A DNA stretch of 64,000 nt from Hormiphora californensis (lineage: Eukaryota > Animalia > Ctenophora): contig CM035350.1 in the NCBI GenBank assembly GCA_020137815.1, positions 2,356,001 to 2,420,000 on the forward strand, written 5' to 3'. The notes under the pieces are model-generated. The model saw only the letters and a program-made list of their open reading frames with translations, was not told the origin of the DNA and did no database searches. The translations under genes were made by a program, and so were the position numbers. Below are positions 19,182-32,539 of this stretch, in pieces (position 1 is the stretch's first letter; the number at the start of each line of letters is the position of its first letter).

Positions 19182-22136
19182 ATGAAGACGAAGTTTTCCT
19201 CGTTTGATATCGCCTGCATTGTCAACGAACTACAGAAAAGTGTGGTTGGACTACGGGTCGTTAATGTGTATGATATTAACAATAAATGTTACATCATCAA
19301 GCTCGGCCAAGAGAAGAAAACACTGCTTTACATCGAGTCCGGCTCCCGCCTTCATACTACAGCCTTCGAATGGCCAAAGCAAATGATGCCGTCAGCCTTC
19401 TCTGCCAAATGTAGGAGGGTGATGAGAAATAAGCGGGTAACATCCATCACTCAAATGGGTTGTGACAGAGTTGTAGACTTGCAGTTCGGTGCGGAGGAGT
19501 TTTCTTCTCATCTTATGGTAGAGCTGTATATGATAGGGGCAATGTGTGCCTTTGTGATAGTAACCATGTTATAACTGCTATCTTGAGGACTCGACAAGAC
19601 GCGAAGGAGGATGTCAGATATGCGGTGGGACATTTTTATCCACGGGAACTTTGCCAGACTCTATCTGAGCCGAACTTGGAGACTTTGAAGGAGTCCATCG
19701 GTACAATTAAACCAAACACACAGCTGAAACGGTTCTTGAATTATCAGAACCCCTTCAGTATACCACTAATAGGGCATGTTCTCCACAAGCACGGCCTTAA
19801 TCCCGACCAGAAAATCTCTGAGGAGTATATGAACTCTAACATCGACACAGTGTACGCAGCCCTTCAGGATGCTTATACAGACTTCACATCTCTCCCGACC
19901 ACTATCACAACCGGCTTTATTTTCTCCAAAACTGTCACCAGCAAAACCACAGCCTCTCTGATGGACGAGTTTCATCCTGTTAAATTCAGGTGTGTTGAGA
20001 AACTGGAGGTTACGGAATACCCCTCTTATAACGATGCAGTGGATACCTTCTTCTACGAGCAGGAAACCCAGAAAATTGAAAGTAAATCTGTACAGCAGGA
20101 AAAGAGTGTTTTGAAGAAACTGGAGACGATTAAACTTGACCACGAGAGCAGGATAAAGAATTTGAGGGAAGTCCAGGAGGTATCATCCCAGAAGGCTTAT
20201 CTTATTGAGGTTAATTTGGAGGTTGTGGAAGAGGCGATAACAATTGTGCAGAACCTCATTGCCAACCGGTTATCCTGGGAAGAGATAGATGAACTGGTTG
20301 AGGAGGGTCGGGAGAATGATCATGCTGCAGCACTGGCAATAGACAAAATATCCCTGGATAAGAACCGGATGGCCATGTTGTTGAGGGACCCTTATGAAAT
20401 GGGTGAGAGCATTATGGTTGACATTGATCTGGATATGGGAGCTTATGCCAATGCAAAACGCTACTACGACGCAGTGAAACAGTCATCCTTGAAGGAGCAA
20501 AAGACAGGCCCAGTCATCAAGTATCGCTCTGAAAAACGCAGAGAAAAAGACAGAAGCAACAATCAAAGATATCAATATTGTGGCGTCTATCAAGAAGGCA
20601 CGTAAAGCGATGTGGTTTGAGAAGTTCCTGTGGTTTATCAGTAGTGAGGGGTACATGGTGATTGGTGGTAAGGGACGCTCAACAGAACGAGATTACTTGT
20701 CAAGAAATATCTAGGTAAACACGATGTGTACGTGCACGCAGATATTCACGGTGCTACTTCCATCATCGTGAAGAACAAAGGTAGTGACCCTCTCCCGCCC
20801 AAAACTATGATGGAGGCTGGGTGTTTTGCTCTCTGTCAGAGTTCTGCCTGGAATAGCAAGATTGTTACCAGTGCCTACTGGGTACATGCCAGCCAGGTAT
20901 CCAAAACGGCACCCACGGGAGAATACCTGACTACCGGTAGTTTCATGATCAGAGGAAAGAAGAACTTCCTACCCCCTGCACAGCATATCCTTGGTTTCTC
21001 AGTGCTCTTCAAGGTAGATGAAGAGAGTGTGGAAAGGAGAAAGGAGGAGAAGAAACCAGAGGAGACATCCAACATTGATATCACTGATGAGAAGGAGAAG
21101 GAAGAGGAGGAGGAGGAGGAGGAGGAGGTGGGTGAGGGTGGGTCAGATGGGGATGTTTCAGATGAAGAGAACCAGGATGAAGAACCAAGTAAGACACCTG
21201 CTGGGATGGATGAGTTGTTTGACAAGTATAACCTTCAGATTTCAGCTCTTTCTACAAACCAGGATAACAACAGCTCGACTCAACAATCAGAGAGAACGGA
21301 TTTCGTTGGGACCCCCCTGAAGGCTCGTTACAAGAAGAAAGATGCTCCAAAGTTCGATCATGCAAAGAAGCAACAAGAAGCCCAGCAGCCCCAAAATAAT
21401 CGGCCGAAGCGGGGACAAAAGTCAAAGAAAAAGAGGATAGAAAAGTATGCGGACCAGAGTGATGATGAACGGGAGGCGATGATGGCATTGTTGGGATCTG
21501 CAGGAACCAAGAAACAGAAAGATAAGGGAGGGAAATCGAGTAACTCAAAACAAAAGTACAAAGCGAAGTCTACTGCTAAGAACGTGGTGTCAGGTTTTAC
21601 GGGAGAGGTTGAGAAACCAAAGTTGAATGAAGCTGAAAGAGTTGAACAGGCTCTTGGTAAAGCCACTGGTACTGTGGAGGAAATTAAAGAAGAGGCTAAA
21701 GAGGAGGCTAAACAAGTCGAAACACCTCCCACTACCTTCAGTAACAAGGCACCTGTTGAACTGAAACCACCCCCACAAGAGGATGACCAGGATGAGGGAG
21801 GACCGGGGAGTGATAATGAGGAGGAGAAATATGATTTCCTTGATTCACTCGTCCTCAATCCTACCCCTGCTGATACAATTCTCTTTGGAGTTCCCTTCGT
21901 AGCCCCCTACACAGTCATGTCGGGCTGTAAATACAAGGCCAAGCTGACACCAGGGCACTACCAAAAAGGGAAAGGCGTGCAAGACGATACTGGATACTTT
22001 CTCCCGCGACAAAAACAATCTTCCCCAGGAGCGAAATGTGTTCAAAAGTTTGAAGGACGTCGATATGACAGTTAATATTCCAGGCAAGGTGAAAATATCA
22101 GCACCCAATCTCCATGGACATGGGAAGAGGAAATAA
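19182..22136 (+). CDS. NEMF: Nuclear export mediator factor / Rqc2 (ribosome quality control); apparently intronless CDS with about five indels
   Basis: MKTKFSSFDI, GLRVVNVYDINNK, IESGSRLHTTAFEWPK, ELY-DRGN, WFEKFLWFISSEGY, YVHADIHGA, VSKTAPTGEYLTTGSFMIRGKKNFLPP, APYTVMSGCKYKAKLTPG, NIPGKVKISAP. Confidence 0.95.
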
Positions 22137-22549
22137 TGAGGGTGTTCTTTTGTAATTGGGTACTGACTTGTTTTATTTACTGAAGTTTTAATGAACCTTT
22201 TCGTGTTTTATTATTTTGTCCAATCTAAATAAAATAAAATGTTTCTCTAACCCAATTTTCCATTTAGCTGTTATTTATGGCATCCCAACGATAGCTGCAC
22301 TGATAATATCTGATTGACGGTCAAAAGACTTGGAATGGCCCTCAAACTATCATGCAAGGTAACCAGATTTGTTATGTTCTATCCCTCCTTTACATTTGTG
22401 ATACGGGGTCGAGCAAGGCAAAACCAGATACAGTAATAGATAGAGTGGTAACAATCATCTCTCACCCAGGTTCCAGACTCCCGAATAGAACGGTACAATG
22501 GGAATTGATGAAACTTGTCGAATGGTTGGTAAAAGCCAGTGAGTTTTAA

Positions 22550-22701
22550 CCCTTTGGAGACGATTGGGTCACAGGTGACCCAATAGAAATACAGGTGGTA
22601 GAACCAAAATTCCTTTTCTTGCGTTCAAGTAGGTTCAAAGTGAGTGTCTCCAGAAAGTTTTAGAGAATTCTGTCGACAGGGGGCTTATCGTCCCCAAAGG
22701 G
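22550..22701. mobile_element. 152-bp piggyBac-type MITE
   Basis: ttaa|ccctttggagacgat...atcgtccccaaaggg|ttaa. Confidence 0.85.
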
Positions 22702-23785
22702 TTAAGATGAGGGAATACAGCTTTGAATGCTCTACAGACATCTAGCGCTATTCCACCACTAATGGAGATGTATTGCTGACTAACCCTGGATATACACTAC
22801 ACGACATGTACATTGTACAATGTACTGCCACATCCTGAGGACAACTGCACTGTACAGGTACTGACAAACAGTAACGCGCTAAAACATTGACAGTTTATGT
22901 TGAGATCTTAGCGCGTGCTGAATCGCCCCTGTCACGCGCGCTGTACGTCACCCTCTGGAAGTCGAAGTTCGAACATCCGATGATTCGGATCGCGGAAGGC
23001 GGTGTCCATTGTACCTCCGGGAACTTTCCCTTGAGACGTCCCAGCTGGGGTAATAGTAGTTGCACCCCGAGATGTTATCACCAGAAAATATGTGTCAGAA
23101 TTTTCACTGAATCACATTTCTGGCAGTATTAGTACTCTAGATCTGATTATAGGTTGGGCCGGTGGTGCTTCTTTCATTTCCCCAGCTGGGATGTTTCAGA
23201 GGCATCCCCGGCCCGGGAGATCTCGGGATCTCCCGGTGGTGCACTGTTACTCCTATGCTCTGAGTTCTGACAGCAATAATGAGACCTTCTCATAGGAGTG
23301 TACAATCACGTCTATCTGGCTTGTCTTCTCACCTCAGTGAAATGCGAGCATTTGGACCTATTGAGACGTCACCGGAAGAGATTCGAGAGAATGAGATATC
23401 ATTTCCCAGACTCTCCTACGCCTTTCAATGACGCGTCATGACGACATCCCGCTATTCCGTGTTATTACCTCTCAGTAGAAATATTGTCAGGGTGATCTGT
23501 CTATATCGTCATGTATTATGTCATACATTACTACTCTAACATTAAATTCGTTTTCAGGGTGTTGGTGGGTGTAACGAAGGAAGTGAATTTTAAAAGATGA
23601 AGCATGAATCTGCAGTCGTCAAGAGGAGGCTAATGTATTATTGATTATTGATTAACAAGAAAGGACTGGTAGCGAACAAACTGTCTGTCGTGCCGACACT
23701 GATTATTGCTCGATTCTCTGACTATTCTTACTATTAGAGTGGGCTGATCAGTCAGATCTGACAAAAGGGTCAGGCCAATTCTCTG

Positions 23786-24157
23786 GGTAGGCGGTAAATG
23801 TTAACCAGATCTGAGAGAAAACGTACGTGCAAAACCACGTTTTTGTCCATAACTCAGTCATTTCTTGACCAATTTGCAAAATCTTGGGCGCGTTGGAAAG
23901 AGGACATTGAGCTCTTTCAAATGAGCCCAATAAAACTAAAATCGGCGCAAAATGCGCGGCGTCATGGCGCAAAATGCGCGTTTTCGCCACCACGCCGCGC
24001 AATTTGCGCCAATTTATATTTTCTTGAGCACATTTGAGAGATCTCAATGTCCTCTTTCCAATGAGCCAAAGATTTTGCAAATTAGTCAAGAAATGGCTGA
24101 GTTATGGGCAAAAATGTGCAAAATTCTCACAGATCTGGTTAACATTTACCGCCTACC
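23786..24157. mobile_element. MITE H2 (TIR ggtaggcggtaaatgttaaccagatctg), 9-bp TSD aattctctg
   Basis: TSD 23777-23785 and 24158-24166; core homologous to H1. Confidence 0.9.
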
Positions 24158-24608
24158 AATTCTCTGACAGGGGTTGATAGTGTTAGCCATTATTAGGTGA
24201 TCCCGTCACAAAGACTTTGAGAAATGGGTATTATTTTGTGGCTGAATATGTAATACTGCTCTGTAAAATTTCAATTCTAATTATTCTGCTTTGTTAAATA
24301 TGCATATTTATGCCTAATTTGGTTTCTTTGCACGACTAGAAATCAAAAATTTTTCTATTAGCTATGCTAAATCAAATTTTCGGTGGGGAAGGGTAGCGAA
24401 GATAATATTCTGCCCAATATTCTTTAGAGGACCCGAGCATTCTCGGATAGAGGGAGTTGATACATCACTGACGATGTTAATGAGAGAGGGGAACTCAAAA
24501 CTCGGATATATTTATTATGACAACTCAGTAAAATATTAAGAAAAGAACACGTACAAATATAAAGCTATGTAGCAGCTGGTGCAGTCAAATGTCTCTCTAT
24601 CTATCATG

Positions 24609-26913
24609 TTATACGGGGAAACTCTGTCTCAACAGTTTGTAATTGAGTCCGGTCAGGGCGGCTGCGAGTTGCTGGCTTTGTTGTCTAAACTCCGGTACTC
24701 CGTTCCAGACGGGGTGTAGGTTGAGGAGTTGCTGGGGTGACGTCACAAGAGACTTGTTCTTGGACCCCTTGGGACGGCCTCGTTTCTTGGGAGCGGGCAC
24801 TGGGAAATCCATCATTCCACCTTCCTGGGGGAGAGAGAGAGATGTGTTTTACTGTTATTGTCGAGGGAATTTGTCGGGCACCTTGATGTAGGTTTACAAA
24901 TTGATAGGCTCTAATTGGTGATGGAAAGATATCGTCTTTGTTATAAGATTCTGGCCTGATAACGCACCTTGTTCAAACCATTAGGCACGACGCCACCTGC
25001 TGATCCCACGGGTAGTTGCTGCTGTAGGGCTGCAAGGTGCTGCTCCTCACTTGGGAAGTACATCTTCTGAAAAGAAGGGTTAGTTATCCCAGAACAGATT
25101 AGATAATGTGTAACAACAGATATAGTATGGACCCATAGTGGTAGAAAATGAACCACTCACCCTCTCTCTAGCTCCTGGGTATTTCACCTTCCCGTTAACA
25201 ACTTGGTACATGTGTTCTGGGTATTTCCTGGGCCTGCCTCTGTTTTTCTTTCCCTGGTCTAGGTCGCCCTGAGGGGAGGGGTTAGTGTCAGGTAAAAGAG
25301 GAAGTAAATCCGTCACAAGATTCGTGCAGCCACCCCCTGGGGGCCACAACCCGGGCACCTACGCAAATCATTCTTAACACAATTTTTAACGCTCGAGGCG
25401 TTCCTGCTTATTCTAGAATCATCCCCCTCCCACCGACCGGTACATTAATGCAATTTTCTAAGAAAATATTGAATTTCTCAGCCGGGGAATTAAATTCAAA
25501 CCCTTGTCTCTATAATAACGATTTAAAAAATCGGAATTCATATTCAGATTATTCAGAAACCGCGGAACCCCCCCCCCCCCCAAACACCCATGACCCTCTA
25601 TTTCTACATACCTGTATGGAAGCGAGGGTGGAGTTAGTGTAGCAAGGGCTGAACGAAGAAGAAGATTGGCCCCGGCCCATTGGCGGCCTGTTGTTCAGTA
25701 GAATATTAGCCAGGGACTGGGCAGTATTACCCTGCTACACCATGTACTTGAGACAACCTCAGGCACTCTCAAACTGGAACACTAGCTGCTCCAAATCGGA
25801 TAATGGTCGTCTGGGAGGCAGGGGCTGAGGTAGTCGCTATAACAGGACGGTAGAAAATGAAGCTGTACTCTCAATAACTAGGTTGCTGGTGTGTGCTCTG
25901 CAGCTGCTGGTGTGTGCTCTGCAATGTGATCTGCTGCTGCTCAGTATCATTACTGATTCACTGGTGTTGATATTCCCCTTGCTCTATAGCAACCTGTTCA
26001 ACTGATGGTGTCGTTTCTATGGGAACCACGGTTGGGATTATAGTTGTACTTGCTGTTGTGGTTGTTGTCGTCAAGGAAGGTGGTGTGGCACCCTGGAATG
26101 ATTGTTCTACTGTTGGTGGTTCAACTACTGTTATGGAAGAGGGAGGGGCTGCTACATCTGGTGTCTGTTGTTGGGATTGTTGGAGCAGCTGTAATATCTG
26201 TCTGTCTACTGAGCTGCTCTGAGCAGCTGCTCCTCCACTCTGTTGCTGGGTTGGTTGTTGGTGTTGGAATATCTCCCCTAATACCGCTCCAATCCTTGTG
26301 ATCTCTCTCTGGAGCTGGTCCTCTTCGTCTGTAAATCCATCTGCTTCCTTCTGTAGTTGCTCCTGACCTCTCTCTGGACCTTGTCCAACAGAGCCTGCCT
26401 CTGTTGCCGTTCCTGTCGCTCCTGTTCCTGTTGTTGCAGCATGAGCAACACTTGCACGTCTGTCTGGGAAACAGGTCCTAATAACTGCATACCATTCGGC
26501 AAAATGGGCTTCTCCTGAGGTCCTTTGTTGCTGTTGCTGCTGTTGCTGTTGTTGTTGTTGCTGCTGCTGCATGGACAGGGCTAGGCAGTTCTAGAGTGGA
26601 GAGTCTTGGTTGGATATTATTGTATTTAGGATCCCAGATAGTTCAACCCACCACTTCTGTTCCGTTTGTTCTTGTTCGTTGACCCTTTAGGACGGCCCCG
26701 TTTCCGAGGACCTGCAGGGGCCAGGGAAACAGGTGTGCCAGCAGTGGGAAGCTTGACATATGGAGCAGCTGGCATGAGAGGTGGTAGATTGGATTGTTGT
26801 TGGTAGATAATGGAGCTCATATCTGGCAATTGTCCAGAATTAGAAGGAGTTACATTGTTCAACATGGGTCCATCCACATCAAGTACTGGTTCATCTGGCG
26901 TCATCGTGTTCAT
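24609..26913 (-). CDS. Glutamine-rich protein with three AT-hooks (HMGA-type motifs); exons ~26913-25612 (with indels), 25358-25161, 25066-24968, 24824-24609
   Basis: PRKRGRPKGSTNKNK, KKNRGRPRKY, PKKRGRPKGSKNK; polyQ and a coiled-coil-like segment; phase-0 GT-AG junctions for the last three exons. Confidence 0.75.
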
Positions 26914-27699
26914 CTGTGTTCGACATCACGGGCTAGAAAGAAGAGGGGGGGGTGAGTCTTCGGAGAGTTTTAGTTTGGCGCGCTATCCATCGCGCGCAGG
27001 CGGTCGCAGTCCACCTTTTCTCAGTAACAGACTACCAGCGCGCTACAACTATGGAAAGCGCTTATTTGGGGAACATGTGGCAATTTACACATCACAAAGG
27101 CAGCTGTTACAGCTGTGGGGTGCGAGGTTCCATTAAGAAAACAAAAAGGGATAGCCAATGAGAGACGCACAATGCATTGTACCGCTAGATGGACAAATCA
27201 CGGATGCGAGATTGCTTGTGACCAAGAGAGAGTAAGAGAGGGAGAGAGAGCAAATAAATGAGAGAGAAATTCGCAGAGTTTTATTTATTCGAGGCGATGA
27301 TGGCAAAATATCAATCAGAACTTTTGCAAGCATTTAAATCACAATATATTTATTGTGCAAGCCATATTAAATCACACACTCAGCCTCACCACAGTCACAA
27401 AGAAATGTGCACAAATAAAAAATACACTGGCCTGTCTATTGAGGGAGGGTCATCGAGCCACATAGAGAGGGGGAATGACATAATAATAACCCCACTCACC
27501 CACAATTTCTGGAGAGGGGGCTGAGGGAGAGAGAGGGGTGTCTGTCTCTCTAGGAGAATTAAAATAATCCTCCGCTCTCTATTTCTTTGTGTCACGTGAC
27601 CCGTCACATGACCTGGAGACCCCACAGGGCAGCAGCCTAATTACAGTTCTGTAATTGCAGAGCATGGTGCATCTTTAATAATCTTATATCTCACTTTCT

Positions 27700-27731
<32 letters not shown>

Positions 27732-30700
27732 CTCTCTCTCTCTCTCTCTTTATCGCGTTAAACGGGTGCCTAGTATTGATCGAATATTATTATCAGGGAG
27801 TGGGGCACAAAATAAAGAGAGAGCTATAGAGATTCCATAGACAAATCAAAGATTAATATTTGATATACATATGTCTCACTATGTAATAATACTAGTGCTA
27901 CACATTAAAATGTCACCCACCCCTCCTCTCCCCCTCATTCCGACACGAAAGAGAAAAGTGATGAGGCAAAAATATATATGTCAGTGTAACATGACATGGC
28001 GGCAGTTGAAAATATGCTCGAAAATCTCGTTATTTCACAAAAATCCAATTTAAGAAAATGAATGCGGGAGAGTCGGGTTTCTGAATAATAATACTTATAA
28101 CAAAAGCGGCAGAAAGGGAGTAAAGAGAGAGAAATAGAGTTGGCTATCTCGGTAAGGGGGGACGCACAACGTTCGAGAAAAAGAAAATAGAAGGGAACGA
28201 AAAATCATATTATACGTGTGGTCACGAGGTACAGCAGCCGGATACCGTTGAGGCCCAGGGGTCAGACTCAGCAATATTTCATGAGGCAGCGGATTTTAGC
28301 ACCGCCGCACCTGATGTGTAACTATAATAGTGGGCAAGGAAATACTGACAGAGAGAGAGAGAGAGAGAGAGAGTAGAAAAAAACGAAATTAAAAAAAAAG
28401 AACGGTAAATAAGTAAGTATAGTGCAAAAAAGAGCGAGCTGCATCCGAGAAATAGCCACAGAGAGGAATAAATTGTGTGGGCGATTTTTTTTCAAGGAAA
28501 TTCACAAACTGTAAACTTGAGCACTGAGCAGAGAGAGATAGAAAATTGAGAGGGTGACGGACGGTGTAGTAGAAGGAGGAAACCCAGCGGGGAGAGAAAG
28601 AACGGCCTAGAGCCGCTGAAATAGCGTGTATGTAATTGGTTTATTTGAAAAGAAAAGCCCTCTCGGGAAGGGTCATGTGATATATCACATGATTGCCGGT
28701 CTGGACAGCTCATTGGGCCATACAAAATGTAGGCAATTTTAAACACAAACCCCATCACCAAACAATAGATGCACAATTTGAATTTTGATGGGAAATGTGG
28801 GTCGTAATCGATATATTCCCTCTCCAACACTAATCATAAAGGAACCGGTATTATATTATAGCGGAGACAAATCTCATCACCCAATGATGAGCTATCTACA
28901 AATTTCGAAAAGCTTTATTCCCCCTCTGCTTTGAGAGAAATATTATTTGATGCAGAGATACCTCAAGAAGGTATAATAATACATAATTTCTTCTCCGGTC
29001 CCTACTTATATACAAATCACTATCTCTCTCTCTCCCAACCAGCTCTTTCTCGGCCTATTATATCTATTATATCTATTATGTATCCTTTTCTCTATTTTGA
29101 ATTATTTCTACGGTAAAGAAATGGCGAATAAAGAAATGCTACAATAATACATCAAAGTGACAAAAAATAAAAAGAATTATGGTGAGAACTGAAAACAGAA
29201 AAGAGGGTGAGAGAGAGAGAGAGAGAGGGGGGGGGGGGGACCAGACGTGATCAGGGGGATACAGGGGATCAGAAACTCTAGCATGATATTTGACGTGCAC
29301 ACGCCCAGTGTCTATAATACACCAACTACCGCTGATGAGGTCACAGGGAAAATTGAGAAAAGAAAAATAATATAAAAGAGAGCGGTCGGGAGAACATGAG
29401 AGAGAAAGTTAGGGAGAGAGAAAGGAAGATAGATAGAGAGAACCAAAAGTACAGGTAATTTTCCCAAAAATTACTTGCCTAGTCTGGAGTTAAATATCTT
29501 CTCAAATTTTCCGCTTTCTCCGTCAAAAAATCGTACCATTTCTTTCTCTCATCTCTGATTACTCAAAGAACGAAAATTACAAAAAAGATAAAAGAAAGTA
29601 TGTACCTACGACGAAAAGCGATTTCGTTCGACTATTATGTACTAAATAGTGTTGACAATTTGAAAAATCCGTGAATTTGCAGACAGACTAGGAAAAGTGA
29701 CCTAAATTTATAAGGTTAGTGGGAGAGAGATAGAGAGAGGGAAGTTTGTGCGAACTAAGATGAGAGTGTATTTTGTGCGAGCAATGAAATTTTAAAATTG
29801 AATGTTGAGATGTCCAAGAGGGAGAGAGGGAGGGGAGAGAGATAGATATAGAGTGAGGGATTAAGAGAAAGAGAGAGAGAAAGAAAGAGATAGAGAGAGG
29901 GGAGAGAAAATGGGGGACTAACAAGGGAAAATATGTTGAACATAGAGCGGTTTGTAAAATGTGAGAAAACCCCATGGAGATGTGAGAATTTCCTGGCATA
30001 AAAAATGGGGGAATATATAATGGCGTTTCTTTGTCTGCTAATGTCCCCGATAGTTTGAGAGAAACTGGCACTTGTAAAAGAAATGGGCACAAAAAATAAA
30101 ATTTATATTGACTGAGTGAAGTAAACCCTACAGAAAGTTTATCATTGGCTAGGAGAGAGGTAACCCTATAAGACTAACACTTGCTCCCCTATATCAATCT
30201 CTCCCATCACACAGCTGCACAGTAGGGAAACCAAAAAAATAAAATTTCTAAAGATTCCTAAAGATTGAGCAGTACAATGGTCAATTCTGTCTAATGCTCT
30301 CTTTCTTTATCTTTAATTTCTATATGATTTCTTCCTCTCTCTCTGATTAATAGGCTGGCTGCTAGCTATTTCTCTCAATCTAATCCCTCAATATAATATT
30401 AATAACACTACAAAGTTTTGAATATATTGTTGTCCAAACACTCAGTGAGAATCTCTCCCAGCACGAATAAAAATCACTCTTACAAAAAAGCCGGTTTCGG
30501 TAATTTGGAAGTCGCCGGTAGATGAGGATCGGTCCCTTTAAAATACCAACAATACTATTATGAGCGCTTGATATCCGGGGCAGTTAAGCCAAATAGGGAA
30601 TAATGCGAAGGTAAACGACCCACATCTAGCAAAGTCAGAGTGAGGGAGAGAGGGGAGAGAGAGAGAGAGAGGTAGGGAAGAAAAAGAGAGAGAGATGGGG

Positions 30701-30777
30701 AGCTAGTCTTGTTATTTTTTAAATTCCTTTATTCAACCACCCCGCCACCCTACAGTAGGTTACCCACTGGATGCCTT

Positions 30778-30888
<111 letters not shown>

Positions 30889-31034
30889 TGAGAGTGGGAG
30901 AGAGTTCTCTTTGGAAAGGGAGGCTCCGGGAAGTCTGAACCAAGTGTGGCTAATGGCACACAAGACAATAACCGCCACGTTGCCGCTTTTAAAAACCATT
31001 TTTTATTGCACAGGTGTAGCCCTTTCTCTCCCGT

Positions 31035-31093
<59 letters not shown>

Positions 31094-32539
31094 ATTATAT
31101 ATTCATCTCTCACCCCTTTTTTATCAATTATTTTATTGTTTTCTCATATATTTTCTCTCTATTATTCACGTAATGAGTCTTCTAGAAGCTCTTCAATGTT
31201 TTCAATGGTATTAAAACATTATTATAAAGTGGTGGATAAAGTGTGTACTAACCACCGTTCCTCTAGCGTACATTCCAAATGTTAACTCCCAAAGGAAAGG
31301 TGAGCAAAAAAAACCCGCAAAAAATATTGGAAAAAACTGGGTTTAAATCCGGTGATTTTGGGGCGAAGTTCTAAATAAAAACCAAACGCGGAAGAGGTAA
31401 AAGAAAAAGCAACAAAGGAAAGCTGGTATAAACCACTGCAGTAGAGGAGTGTGTTCTAGGGAGATTTTTCCGGGGAGATGATGAGAAAAATAAATAACCA
31501 GCCTCTCTTCTCATCGCTTTTAGCAAAGGAAAAATAATTTTCAGTAAGTAAACAATGCGTCAAATAGCCGACCGTGAAAGATAAACAAATTGGTACTTTT
31601 AAAAAAACATCTAAAAAAGAAGTGGAAGAAATAGATGAGGTGATCAGGTGAAAAACTCATGACATCAACTATCTCTCTCTCTTTCTCTCTCTCACTATCT
31701 CTCTTAACCTGTCTATCTAAGATCTACCTAAGAGTAGCTGATGAGTATTAGTCTGTGGTAAACGATTTGATAGTGGTGTGTGTGATCAAGAGACCGCCAG
31801 CTAAAAGTGGTCTCAAGGCGGGCATTAACATCATTAAACTACTACTAAGGTTGGATACATATATTTATAATAGTAGCAGTGGTCAGGGGGCTTACAATGG
31901 ATACCCATAAACAGATGGAATAATTTATAATCATATGCACTGACTACAATTTATATTATAGACCAGAAAATATGTAGCTTTCGACTCACAGCAGTCCTAA
32001 AAAAGAGAGATAAAACTCGGAGAAGAAAAGAAGGAGAAAATAATGAAGGAACAAATATTCAAGAAAATTTGACACGTGACTCGTAGTAAACGTGTAGGTG
32101 CGTGCCCCAAATCAAAAAGAGAAAGGGCGTTGCAGTTTCAGATTGGCATGCAGACCAGTGAAAAATAACATGTAAAAGTTACCTCGGAAAACAAAGGAAA
32201 TAAAACAGGGAGAGATACAGAGATAGGCGGTGAGTGAGCGAGAAAGAAATAGAGAGGGACATAGATCTAAGGGATAAAAGTTACGTAAAGAAAAACCTCA
32301 CTTGACAATATTTTGTGATGATGAAGATATAGTCGCTATAATAGGGGTCCCTAATAAAGTTGTGACATGTCACTGTAGTCTTGCGGAGTAAGTTATGTGA
32401 CTTGTCACCGTGTGGTGTGCGGCGCGGCCCGAACCATGCGGTGACAAGTCACAATCGTGCATTGACAAGCGTTGTGAGGCCGCACCGAAGGGATAATTCA
32501 CAGTGGCAATGAATGGCGATAATATAGTATTATATGGTA

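Noticed and set aside
20875-21858. Long antisense ORFs over NEMF, the LRRFIP exons and coactosin
   Set aside because: Shadow ORFs of biased coding sequence.
19182-22136. NEMF as a pseudogene or programmed-frameshift gene
   Set aside because: Indels are scattered 1-2-nt insertions with no in-frame stops or motif decay, and similar indels affect other genes; sequencing error is more likely.
22750-23500. GC-balanced segment after NEMF as a gene
   Set aside because: No sustained frame or recognisable motif on either strand.
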